Origin: Squalus acanthias
Lineage: Eukaryota
Assembly: GCA_030390025.1 (NCBI GenBank)
Contig: CM059431.1
Span: 151,840,001-151,904,000 of the forward strand
Direction of reading: 5' to 3'
DNA length: 64,000 nucleotides
Shown here in pieces: positions 23,575 to 35,594 of this stretch (position 1 is its first letter; each line of letters starts with the position of its first letter). Made by a program: the position numbers and the translations under genes. Under the pieces are notes generated by a model. That model searched no databases. It was not told the DNA's origin and worked only from the letters and a program-made list of their open reading frames with translations.

Positions 23575-26500
23575 AACATAAGAACATAAGAACATAAGAA
23601 ATAGGAGCAGGAGTAGGCCAATCGGCCCCTCGAGCCTGCTCCGCCACTCAATAAGATCATGGCCGATCTGATCCTAACCGCCAATCTACTATCACAGAAC
23701 CATCTCCTGCATCTAACAGAATTGCACACACAAAATAGGAGCAGAATCAGGCTACACGGTCCCTGGGCCCGCTCCACTACCCACAGGGCCATGACCGATC
23801 CGAACCTAGACTCATGTCCAAATTCCTGCCCGCTCCCCGTAACCCTTAATGCCCTTTACTTCTAGGAAACTGTCTATGTCTGTTTTTAATTTATTTAATG
23901 ATGTAGCTTCTACAGCTTTTTGTGGCAGCATATTCCATGAACCTACCACCCTCTGAGTGAAGTAGTTCCTCCTCATCTCAGTTTTGAAAGAGCAGCCCCT
24001 TATTCTAAGACTATGTCCCCTAGTTCTAGTCTCACCCATCATCGGGAACATCCTCCCCGCATCCACCCGATCCAACCCCTTCACAATCTTATATGTTTCA
24101 ATAAGATCGCCACTCATTCTTCTGAACTCCAATGAGTAGAGTCCCAATCTACACAACCTCTCCTCATATGACCACCCCCTCATCCCCGGGATTAACCGAG
24201 TGAACCTTTTTTGCACTGCCTCGAGAGCAAGGATGTCTTTACTTAAGTAAGGACACCAAAACTGTATGCAGTATTCCAGGTGCGGTCTCACCAATACCTT
24301 GTACAACTGAAGCAATACCTCCCTATTTTTATATTCTATCCCCCTAGCAATGAAAACCAACATTCCATTTGCCTTCTTAATCACTTGCTGCACCTGCATA
24401 CTAACCTTTTGAGTTTCGTGCACCAGGACCCCCAGATCCCTTTGCACTTCAGTACTCTCCAGTTTCTTGCCATTAAGATAATAAATTGCTCTAGGATTTT
24501 TCCTGCCAAAGTGCATCACCTCACACTTTCCAGTGTTGTATTCCATCTGCCAAATCTCTGCCCACTTACTTAGCCTGTCTATGTCCCCTTGCAGGTTTTT
24601 TATGTCCTCCTCACTCACTACTTTCCCTCCCATCTTTGTATCATCTGCAAATTTTGATATGTTACACTTGGTCCCTTCCTCCAAATCGTTAATATAGATT
24701 GTAAAGAGTTGGGGACCCAGCACTGACCCCTGTGGAACACCACTAGTTACTGATTGCCTGTCTGAGAATGAACCATTTATCCCAACTATTTGCTTTCTGT
24801 TAGATAGCCAATCCTCTATCCATGCCAGAATATTACCCCAAATCCCGTGATTTTTTACCTTAAGCAACAATCTTTTATGTGGCACCTTGTCAAATGCCTT
24901 TTGGAAGTCTAAATACACTACGTCCACTGGTTCCCCTTTATCCACTCTATATGTTACTTCCTCAAAGAACTCCAGCAAATTTGTCAAACATGACTTCCCC
25001 TTCGTAAAACCATGCTGACTTTGTCCTATTAAATTATGATTATCCAAATGTCCTGTTACTGTTTCCTTAATAATGGACTCCAAAATTTTACCTACCACAG
25101 ATGTTAGGCTAACCGGTCTATAGTTACCAGCCTTCTGTCTACTGCTCTTTTTAAATAAGGGTGTTACATTAGCAGTTTTCCAGTCTGCCGGGACATTAGC
25201 GGAATCCAGGGAGTTTTGAAAAATTATTACCAATGCATCTACAATCCCTACCGCCACTTCCTTCAAGACTCTAGGATGTAAGCCATCAGGTCCAGGTGAT
25301 TTATCCGCCTTGAGTCCCATTATTTTACCGAGTAACTCTTCCTTAGTGATTTTGATCGTGTTTAGCTCCTCTCCCCCTATAGCCCCCTGTTTGTCCAGTG
25401 TTGGGATATTCTTAGTGTCCTCTACTGTAAAGACTGATACAAAATATTCATTCAGTGTTTTTGCCATCTCCATATTTCCCACCATTAATTTCCCGGTCTC
25501 ATCCTCTAAGGGACCAACGTTTACTTTAGCCACCCTTTTTCTTTTTATATAACTATAAAAACTCTTACTATCTGTTTTTATATTTTTTGCTAATTTACTT
25601 TCATAATCTATCTTCCCTTTCTTAATCAATCTATTTGTTATTTTTTGCTGCCTTTTAAAGTTTTCCCAATACTCTGTCCTCCCAGTAGATTCCGCTACCT
25701 TATATGCCCTTACTTAGCCACGGATGACTGTCCTTTCTTTTACACCCTTTTCTTTTCAGTGGAATATATTTTTTTTGGAAGTTGTAAAATAACTCCTTGA
25801 ATGTACACCACTGATCATGTGTCGTCTTACCCTTTAATCTATTTTCCCAATCCACTCTACTCAATTCCACTCGCATACCTTCATAGTCTCCTTTATTCAA
25901 GCTTAGCACGCTTGTTTGAGATCCAACCTTCTCACCCTCTAATTGAATATGGAACTCAACCATGTTATGGTCACTCATTCCAAGGGGATTCTTTAATCGG
26001 ACATTTTTAATTAATCCTGTCTCGTTACACAGGACCAGATCTAAGGTTGCTTGCCCCCTGGTCGGTTCAGTTACATACTGCTCAAGAAACCCATCCCTAA
26101 TACACTCAATGAACTCATCCTTAAGGCAGCCCTGCTCCATTTGATTTGTCCAATTAATATGATAGTTAAAATCCCCCATAATTATAGATGTTCCCTTATT
26201 ACATGCCTCAACTATTTCCTGATTGATACTCCGTCCAACAGAGTTGCAACTGTTCGGAGGCCTATAGACTACGCCCACTAGTGTTTTTTTCCCCTTATTA
26301 TTCCTTATCTCCACCCAAACTGTTTCATGATCATGATTTTTTTGACCCAATATCATTACTCTGTATTACAGTGATTCCTTCCTTTATTAACACAGCCACC
26401 CCACCTCCCCTTCCTTCCTGCCTGTCCTTCCTGATCGTTAAATAACCTGGTATGTTTAATTCCCAGGCATTGTCAACCTGCAGCCATGTTTCTGTAATGG

Positions 26501-26790
26501 CCACAATATCACAACCATATGTAGTTATTTTTGCCATTAACTCGTCTATTTTGTTACGAATGCTACGTGCATTCAGATAGAGAACTTTCAAATATGCTTT
26601 GTGGCACTTAGTTCCTGCTTTTTCACTTTTTACCACTTTACCTTTTACTCCACACACTCTGTCCCTTCCTGCCACGCTCTGATTTGTGATTCCCCAACTG
26701 CTACCTATGTCTATGACCCTCTCTGTTGTCATTTTTATTTTTTGCTCTCTTGAAACCTCCCCCCCACTAATTAGTTTAAAGCCCTGATGC
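23575..26790 (-). mobile_element. CR1 LINE, ORF2 nearly complete (EN + RT), truncated at the ORF1 end
   Basis: ORFs 26331-26792, 25700-26356 and 23812-25629 with [20 protein letters not shown] and KFADD; (CATAAGAA)n tail. Confidence 0.97.
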
Positions 26791-27539
26791 ATGAGGTTCC
26801 TTCTATACGATGTCTATGAACTCCTAGTTTTCAAAATAAAAAGCTGAAAGTTGAGGCCCTGGTGACTCGCGAAAAATGTTCGTTAAAATACACATATTGT
26901 CTTTTTACATGAGTCGTAATGCATTTAGTCGTTGCTTCAGGTTCAATCCCTTTATTTCTTCAGTCAGCGTGCAAAGCACGTTACAAGCAAAGTGGATTGA
27001 ACAGATACGAAAACAGAAATGTAGAAAAGCATTTCCAAGCACCAAATGTTGCTTTTTATATGATTTTTGTTCCCCTAGTAAAATTGAATCTGCTTCTTCT
27101 CAAATGATTGGATTCCTTGTGTCACCTGACTTAACATGACTCTCCCTTTAGTTACTTTCCTTTGTCACTAGACTGATCCAAGGCCTAGGTTATCCTGCAC
27201 GTAGCATTCCCTTATCTCATCTGTCCTCATTCTTTCATCTGTCTGCATTCTGTGTGAAAAGCAGCTGCATTTTAAGAGCTCATTTTCTTTCAAACGCTTA
27301 CAACCGAAAGGCTTTCTTCTGGTAGGCTTCCAGGGTCCAGGTACAATGCTTTATTTCAATTAATTACTACACGCACACTCTCTCGCAATAAATACATATT
27401 CTCTATGCTAAACTAGTTTAAATTCCCACCTATTTTTTCTGCCAAGCTATTTTTTAACGTCTCAGTTACCTGATGCTTTTATTTTGTCTTCTCAGCTAAC
27501 TATTAGTTTCCCATCAAGCTCTCTGCCTCTTCCTTCTCC

Positions 27540-28060
27540 ATGTTTCAGGAGGGAGTGCAGCGAAGGTTTACCAGACAAATTCCTGGGATTGCAGGACTGT
27601 CGTTTGAGGAGAGATTTGGCCGACTAGGCCTGTATTCACGAGAGTTTAGAAGAATGAGAGGTGATCTCATTGAAACGTATACAATTTTTACAGGGCTAGC
27701 GAGACTGGATGCATGGAGGATATTTCCCCTGGCTGGGGGTTTGAGAACGAGCGGTCACAATCTTAGGATACGGGGTAGGACATTTAGGACTGAGATGAGG
27801 TGAAATTTCTTCACTCAGTGGGTGGTGATCCTATGGAATTCTCTGCCACTGCAGGCTGTAGAGGCCAAGTCACTGAATATATTTCAGAAGGAGGTAGATA
27901 GATTTCTAGACACAAAAGGCATCAAGGGGTATGGGTAGTGTGCGGGAATATGGTATTGAGATAGAGGGTCAGCCATGATCATATTGAATGGCTGAGGTGC
28001 TCGAAGGGCAGAATGGCCTGCTGCTGCTCCTATTTTTATGTGTTTATATGTTTCTATGTC
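27540..28060 (+). mobile_element. CR1 3' fragment
   Basis: VQRRFTR...RRMRGDLIETY, with a CR1 3'UTR and tail. Confidence 0.9.
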
Positions 28061-28186
28061 CCGTGTACCAACACAACTCCCCTACTCTTCTTGCAACATT
28101 ACAATTGGGCTCGGTACAACTTTTCTTCGGAATGTCAGTATGGAATGTTTGTTCGGTCTCTGGGGCGGGCCTCAAACCGAGACAGT

Positions 28187-28920
28187 GGCCCAAAAATTTG
28201 TGTTGATACGCGAGAGTACGCACTGCGTACTCTCGCGTATCTGTCTCCAATTGCCGGTTTCCTGCATGCACTGCGCATGCGCTGAAAACCGGCACTTGGT
28301 GAATGGAAAAGGGGGCGGTTCCTAAGTGAACCGCGTGCGCGCTACAGGCTGCGCGCATGCAGTGCACTTAGTGGTTTCAACGCGCAGGTAATTATGGAAG
28401 ATTTTACACATAAAAAAGGAGGAGTAAGACCCACTTTTAACAAGGTAAATAGTGAATTAAGTATTATTTTGAATTTTTTTTAACAGGTATATCTTTTTTA
28501 GAGACTTTAAAGACAGGCAAGTTTATTTTTATAACTTTTTAAAAGATTTTAAATTTTTTCAAAAATTTAATTTTTTATTTAAAATGGTTAATTTATTTAA
28601 CTATACTTATTTTATTAATGTGATGGTTTTTTTAAATTTAATTGAGGTTTAGCTGTTCTTTTGGGGGGCTATAGTATTCATAGCTTTCACTTGTGTGAAA
28701 GTTATGAATGGAAGATGGTGTGCTGCCATTGGCTCTAACTGAGTCAAGTGATCCCACAGCTCGCACGAATTAAATGCGCCTGTGGGATACGCAAGCCCAG
28801 CACAGCAGCTGTCCAGAACATCAAGTTCGTGCGAGCTGGAACTGAAAAAGCCAACGCGCAGTGAGAGTTCGCGGGGAAGCCTTACCCTCGCACGAAGGCT
28901 TCCTCACGAATTTTTGGGCC
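28187..28920. mobile_element. MITE / non-autonomous DNA transposon (probably PIF/Harbinger-related)
   Basis: TIRs GGCCCAAAAATTTGTG / CACGAATTTTTGGGCC (one mismatch in 16), 3-bp flanks AGT/ATT, GC-rich ends and an AT-rich centre. Confidence 0.8.
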
Positions 28921-29189
28921 ATTATGACTCATGATTCTTGACAGATCGGAAGTGCCGGTTTTCAGCACACAGCTCGTACACACCCGTAGGCATCGGAAAT
29001 TACGGGCCAATGTATTCTTCCTTGTTATCTATGTTTATGGGTGCTAATACGGACTGGCGAGCGTATTTTTTTCCTTCTCATGTGCATTAAGTATATCTAC
29101 TCGAATTGGAGCGAAGTGATCTGTGTGAAGTTCCTGTACTTGCATGGTAGAGATGAAATAAATTCGCCGCAGAAATTGAGGGCTTTTCC

Positions 29190-29625
29190 GTTTAAGAACA
29201 TAAGAACATAAGAATTAGCAGCAGGAGTGGTCCATCGGGCCCATTGAACCTGCTCCGCATTCAATAAATTCATAGCTGATCTTCGACCTTCACTTTCCCG
29301 CCCGATCCCCATCCCTTGATTCCTGTAGTGCTCAAAATGCTATCGATCTCAGCCTTGAATATACTCAACGACTCAGCATCCAGAGCCCTTTGGGGTAGAG
29401 AAATCTGAAAATTTAAAACCCTCTGAGTTAAGAAATTCCTCTTCATCTCTGTCTTAAATGGCCGACCCCTGATTCAGAGACTTTGCTCCCTCGTTCTACA
29501 GTCTTCAGCCAGGGGGAGCACCCTCTTAGCATCTACCCTGTCGATCCCCCTCATAATCGTATATGTTTTAATGAGATCACCTCTCATTGTTCTAAACTCC
29601 AGAGAGTTTCGGCCAAATCTACTGA
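29190..29625 (-). mobile_element. CR1 3' fragment
   Basis: (AACATAAG)n tail and ORF2 C-terminal remnants. Confidence 0.85.
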
Positions 29626-30092
29626 ATTTCGTCTAAGTACGCGATTTAACGGCGTGGTAAGTCTTAATTACTGCCAAACAATCTCTCTAGCTCTGAAAAT
29701 TAACATTTTCAATTGTGGAGTCTCATTCCTTCAGATTTTAATTGTTGGAGTTCTACTTTTACTTTTTCTTTCCGTCTATTGTTCTCTTTCTCTTCAGCCT
29801 TTCTTTATTTCTCTCCCTTTTTTCGCTTTCTGTACCTGATTTGACATTGAATTCACTACTCTGACGTATACGTCCTGGTTCGGACTGCGCTGTTCATGAA
29901 CCATACTTCAATCTGATTGGTTAAGGTGATACACAGTTGCTTGCCCTGTTGACACAGGCCCCAGATGCCTTGTAGAGGTCTCCACACCATGTGCAACTCA
30001 CACTTACAGCAACTAGCAGTGCAGAAGCTCATGGAAATTAAATGGGCATGGGCAAATCTCCTTCCTCCGCCGGCTACAGTAAATGCTGGCCC
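29625..30092. mobile_element. Possible partial non-autonomous DNA transposon
   Basis: Ends in gtaaatgctggccc, resembling the GGSC-N-AAATT termini of other elements here. The other end was not seen. Confidence 0.35.
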
Positions 30093-30099
30093 AAGAGGT

Positions 30100-30360
30100 C
30101 GTTCATTTAAGAGGGAAATTAGGAAGAACGCTTTTGACAAACAATGGCAGTAGAAACTTCGAATTCTCTGCTCCAAAATGCTGTGGCTGCTCGGAGAAAT
30201 GGAGCTTTGAAGACTGAGATAGATTTTTGTTACGTAATGTTATAAAGAGCTTTGGAGCTGAAGTGGATAAATGGAGCAAAGGTACAGATCTGCCACGATC
30301 TAATTCAATGGCGGAGCAGGCTCCATAGGCGGAATGGCCGAGAGCTGTTCATATGAATTA
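30100..30360 (+). mobile_element. Old CR1 3' fragment
   Basis: Degenerate match to the CR1 end (gatctaattcaatggcggagcaggctc). Confidence 0.65.
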
Positions 30361-30581
30361 TTTTAGACGGCGATTGCTGTATCATTGGACATACGAAGAA
30401 ACGAAAAACTTTCGCAAAAAAATCCAGAAGTTTGTTCTCTAGTCCCCGAGTGTCAGCGATTTCGTAAACAAAGCGATAATTACTCCAACGCCCATTTCTC
30501 TCAAAACAGGCAATCGTTTATTCAGAGAGCTGTTAGCATTTCGCTTGAAGCAGCGAACGTGGGGAAGTGTGCCGGCTCTTT

Positions 30582-31175
30582 TCATCCTGTTGCTGAATCA
30601 AAACGACGTGTGGAATCATCCAGCCGCGTTTCCTCTTCTTCACAGGGCAGAAAACTGTTTCCGTCAATGACTTTTTCTCTGAGATATTCCTCAATGCATT
30701 TCACTGTTGTGTTGTCCACTGCAGCGTCGAACTTGTTTGCAAACAGGTGGTGCTGATGCTGCAGGATCCAGTGCAAGTCTCCAGCGCCGTAGACACAGAT
30801 ACCGTGGCGGTGAATACCTGCGCAGGGCGAGTAGCTGCCTCCCTCCTTCCCCACACGTTCCAGGACGTGCCATTGTTTCAACCGCGGATCGACAGGGACA
30901 TTTGGGGGACGGGAAGGTCCACTAAAGTGGCTAGAGCTGGGAACGCCGGGCATTCTGTGGATGGTGGCCCAAATGTGTTCATCGGGACTGAAGGTGTCTT
31001 CAGACCACTTTCAGAACTGTTGGATTTCGGGGCTCCTCAACACGTGGTTAACAAATTCCCTAGTAACCGCATAATACGCGTTTCCCGCGAAAACCGTGAT
31101 ATTTGTTAGCTGCTCTTTCAACTGACCAGTCCTCCATACAACGCTGCCAACCCGATATCGGTACTGCCACCGTTT
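30582..31175 (-). pseudogene. GCNT-family beta-1,6-N-acetylglucosaminyltransferase (GT14) pseudogene, exon 2
   Basis: Acceptor tcactttcag, then KRWQY...FAGNAYYAVTREFV...*KWSEDTFSPDEHIWATIHRMPGVP...CVYGAGDL...LFANKFD. In-frame stop at 31011-31013. Confidence 0.9.
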
Positions 31176-31474
31176 CTGAAAGTGACACAATGAGGAAGGA
31201 TTATCAGCACCAATCATTCGCTGTTAAAACTCACAGTAAAAGTACCTGCAACAGAACCGTTTCAATGAATTCGCATCTTTTCTCCACGCAGGGCGAACGG
31301 GAAACCTCTATTTGTGCTGATTTGAATGAATACTTCGGAGTAACAAGTAAGGACAAGCGAACCCAACCAGGAACCATTGCTTTATTATGTGGCAGAATAA
31401 ATCGCTTCATATTGTGAAACTCCACTCGCCATTAACGGATAATTATATTCATTATTATATGTGGGTGATAGACA

Positions 31475-31529
31475 TGTAGATAGATATATAGATAGATAGA
31501 CAGAGAGAAAGAGAGACAGACAGACAGGC

Positions 31530-31564
<35 letters not shown>

Positions 31565-32240
31565 GAGACATACCAACTTTGAGTGGGAGGATGGATGTAA
31601 GGATGAATGAATGAATGAGTGAATGAATGAATGGATGGATGAATGAAAAGATGGCAGAATTAATTAATGAATAAATGTTTGGATGTAAGGACGAATTAAT
31701 AAAATGAAGGAATGAATGAATATATGGATGGATGAATGAATGAGTGAATGAATGAATCAGTCAATAAATGAACTGTTGGATGAATGGATGGATGAATGGA
31801 GGAATGGATGGTTGAATAAATGAATGAATGAATAAATGATTGGATGGATGGATGAAGGAATAAATGAATGGGTGGATGAATGGATGAATGATTGAATGAA
31901 TGAATGTCTGAATGAACGAATGAATGAATGAAAGAAAGAAAGAATTAATGAATGAAAGACTTAATAATGAATAAATAAATGAATGAATGAATGAAAGAAT
32001 GAATGAATGAATGAGTGAATTAAAGAATGAATGAATGAAAGAATGCATGAATGAATTCATGAATGAATAAATGAATGCATGAATGGATTGATGGATAGAT
32101 GAATGATTGTATGAATGAATGAAGGAACGAACGAACGAATGAATGAATGAATGATTGAATGAATGAATGTATGGATGGGTTGATGGATGGATGAATGAAT
32201 GGATGAATGGATGGCTGGATGAATGAATGGATGGATGCAT
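31475..32240 (+). repeat. (GATA)n/(GACA)n followed by (GAAT/GGAT)n microsatellite
   Basis: Directly visible tetranucleotide repeats. Confidence 0.95.
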
Positions 32241-32244
32241 GTCT

Positions 32245-33345
32245 ATACGAGCATGGATTCAGAATTTGTATAACGGAAATAAAACAGAGAGCAGGAAATT
32301 CCGGTCATTTTCGGGTTGGCAGGCTGTAACTAGTGGGGTACAACAAGAATCAGTGCTTGGGGCTCAGCTATTCGTAATCTACATCAACGATTTGGATGAG
32401 GGGACCTGATGTAATATATCCTAGTATGCTGAGGATACAAAGCTGGGTTGGAATGTAAGTTGTGAGAAGGATGCAAGGAGGCTTCAATGGGATATAGACA
32501 GGCTAGGTGAGTGGGCAAGAGCATGGAAAATGAAATATGATGTGGAGAAATGTGAAATTCTGCACTTCGGTAGGAAAAATAGAAAAGCAGAGTATTTTTT
32601 AAATGGTGAGTGGAGGGAAATGTTGGTGTTCAGAGGGATTTGATGTCCTTGTACTCGAATCACTGAAAGTTAACATGCAGGTACAGCAACCAATTAGGAA
32701 AGCAAATGGTATGCTGGCGTTTATTATGAGATTTTGAGTATATGAGTAACGACAACAGACTGCAATTATATAGGGCCCTGTTGAGACCACACCTGGAGTA
32801 TTGTGTACAGTTTTGGTCTCCTTACCTAAGGAAGGCTATACTTGCCATAGAGGGAGTGCAACGAAGGTTCACAAGACTGGTTCCTGGGATGGAGGGACAG
32901 TCCTATGATTAGAGATTGAATAGACTACGACTACATTCTCTAGAGTTTAGAAGAATGAGAGGTGATCTCATTGAAACATATAACATTCTTACAGGGCTTG
33001 ACAGGGTAGATGCAGGGAGGATGTTTCGCCTGACTGGGAATTCTAGAACCGGGGGTCACAGTCTCAGAATACGGGATCAGCCATTTCGGACTGAGATGAG
33101 GAGAAATTTCTTCACTCAGAGTGTGGTGAATCTTTGGCATTCTCTACCCTAGAGGCCGGTGGAGGCTCAGTCGTTGAGTATATTCAAGACAGATAGCGAT
33201 AGCTTTTTGAATATTAAGGAAATCAATGGAAATGGGGATAGTTGAGGAAAGTGGAGATGAGGTAGAAGATCAGGTATAATCTTATTGAATGGTGCAGCAG
33301 GCTCGAAGGGTCAAATGGACTGCTCCTGCTCATATTTCCTATTCG
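32245..33345 (+). mobile_element. CR1 3' fragment inserted into the microsatellite
   Basis: WQAVTSGV...YINDLDEG and RRMRGDLIETY, with a CR1 3'UTR; GAAT repeats on both sides. Confidence 0.92.
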
Positions 33346-33369
33346 TGCATTAATGTATGTAATAATGGA

Positions 33370-33835
33370 ACAATGAATGGATGGATGGTTGGATGGATGA
33401 ATGAATGGATGAATAGATGGATGGATGAATGAATGATTGAATGAATGAATGAATGAATGGAAGGATGGATGGATGGATGAATGAATGGATGGATGGATGT
33501 ATGAATGAATGAATGAATTAAATAATGAATGAATGATTGAATGAAATAATGAATGAATGGATCAATGAATGAATGTCATAATGGATGGATGAATGAATGT
33601 CATAATGGATGGATGAATGGATGAATGAATGGTTGGATGGATGACTGAATTAATGACATAATGGATGGATAAATGAATGTCATAATGGCTGGATGAATGA
33701 TCGATTGGATGCATGAATGAATGAATGAATGAATGAATGAATGAATACATGAATGAATGGAAGAATGAATGAATAGATTGGTAGATTGATGATTAAATGG
33801 AAGAGTGATTGGATGTGTAATTAGAGAGAGAGAGA
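33370..33835 (+). repeat. (GAAT/GGAT)n microsatellite, continuation
   Basis: Directly visible. Confidence 0.95.
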
Positions 33836-33901
33836 TAAACTGATGAATAGCGCAACAGAGGAAGACAGAGAGATAAAATGTCAGCCGATGTAGCAATATA
33901 C

Positions 33902-34683
33902 CTTTTTCATTGCTGTTGGTGGATGAGATGCTATTATGTTTCCACCTTTGACAGAAAGTTGTTCTTTGATAATTTCTGCATTAGTTTTGATCGGTAAATC
34001 CTGTCCGCATAGATTGATGAGATCTCTCCATGGGCTCGTGCTTCTTACCAGATCTCCCATGCAGTTGATATCGGCCTGGAGCCTGGAAAATGATCCGTAT
34101 ACCACGCTTCCAATCTACTGGTGATAAAGACATTATCAAAACAGGAGACGATGGCTGCAACTGCCGAATGAAATTGTTCTGGAGACTTCCTGTCCACGTG
34201 GACGCTGTACGCATTCTGCGGCGCATAAATGGTCCTTAAAAGTCTCTCAAACATTTCAATTTTATGATGGATCAGAATGATATAGGCAATGGAGAAATCG
34301 CGTTCGTCGCTGGTTATGGGGAAACTTATGTATTTGTGGAATTTTATGAATGAAGCTCAATTTGCGCATGAATTTACATGATCGTTTTCCGTTAACTGCG
34401 GGTCTTTGTTTCCGAATCCAGTTACATTGATCAAACTTCGAAAAGTTTCCTCGTTGCTACTGATTATTTCAAAGCAATTTGAATCTTTTTCAGTGATATC
34501 AAGAACATCATGAAGCTTCTCTCTGCACGTCTGTCTCAGTTTCTGTGATGATTTTTGCAAAGTTGTTGGGAATATATCCGCCTGTCCGGCCATGTGCAGT
34601 GATACAACATAACGCACTACAAACACAAAAATGAGAAGCAATATTTTCCTTTTCGGGACACGCAGCTGTATGACGTTCCTCAT
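33902..34683 (-). pseudogene. GCNT-family pseudogene, exon 1
   Basis: Type II signal anchor, then [43 protein letters not shown] and INLCGQDLPIKTN. Stop at 34357-34359, frameshift near 34105, GT donor at 33901. Confidence 0.9.
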
Positions 34684-34984
34684 TTTGTTTTCGTTCAGTC
34701 TTTTATAGTTTCAGTATTCTGTATTCAGCCGGAGCTCGGTTGTGTATTTCTTTGCTTGTGTAACCCACGTTCCGGTTCTCTTCTTTAGCAACTCTGAACT
34801 TTGTCTTCAAATCAATGTCGTCTGGGACTTTGTTGAACAGCTAACAGCGAGGTAGGGGTGAACGATAGCTTGGATGCCTTGTAACCGAAAACAATTCCAA
34901 TCGGTTAGCCTTTTCACTAAACCGAAAATATCTACAATGGAAAAATTATTTAATTACAAAGCACTTATCAAAAGATGCGATACA

Positions 34985-35360
34985 AGTATTTCTCATCCTT
35001 GTGTTCAAATCCCTCCAGGGCCTCGCCCGTTCATATCCATGTAACGTCTAAAGCCGAAAACCCTCCAAGGCCTCGGCACTCCTCCAATTCTGAACTCTTG
35101 CGCATCCCCAAGTTTTATCATTCCACAATTGGCGGCCGTGCCTTCAGCTGCCGAGGCCCTACGCTCTGTAATTGCCTCCCCAACCTCGCAGGCTCTCGGC
35201 CTCTCTCTCTTCCCTTCAGAGGCTCGTTAAAACCTACCTCTTCCTATCCAAATATCTCCTTTTGCAACTCGTTATCAAATTGTGTTTGATAACGCTCCTG
35301 TAAAGCTCATTGGAAAGTTTAAATACAATACAGGCGCTATACCAATGCAAATTGTTGTAG
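34985..35360 (+). mobile_element. L2 LINE 3' end
   Basis: catccttgtgttcaaatccctcca...ggcggccgtgccttcagc...ggcgctataccaatgcaaattgttg; same family as 4830-5895. Confidence 0.75.
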
Positions 35361-35594
35361 CGCTAAACTGAAAGTTCAATTTTAGGATTATTAACGATAT
35401 AAAGAAACTTTAAAAAGAAACAAGTCCGATGAACAGGATCTCCCAATACTGTTACTTTGGAATGAAGAAGTGATAAATAAATAAGCTAATTTACTAATTA
35501 TCCAACGCAAAAAGGATCAAGCCGTATTTGCCGGAATTTATCCACTGTCTAAATTGTCGACACATCGATGTGAGGGAATACTAAGGAAATCTTG

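Noticed and set aside
31761..32240. His/Ser/Phe/Ile-rich ORFs (also 33562-33896)
   Set aside because: Translations of the (ATTC/ATCC)n microsatellite.
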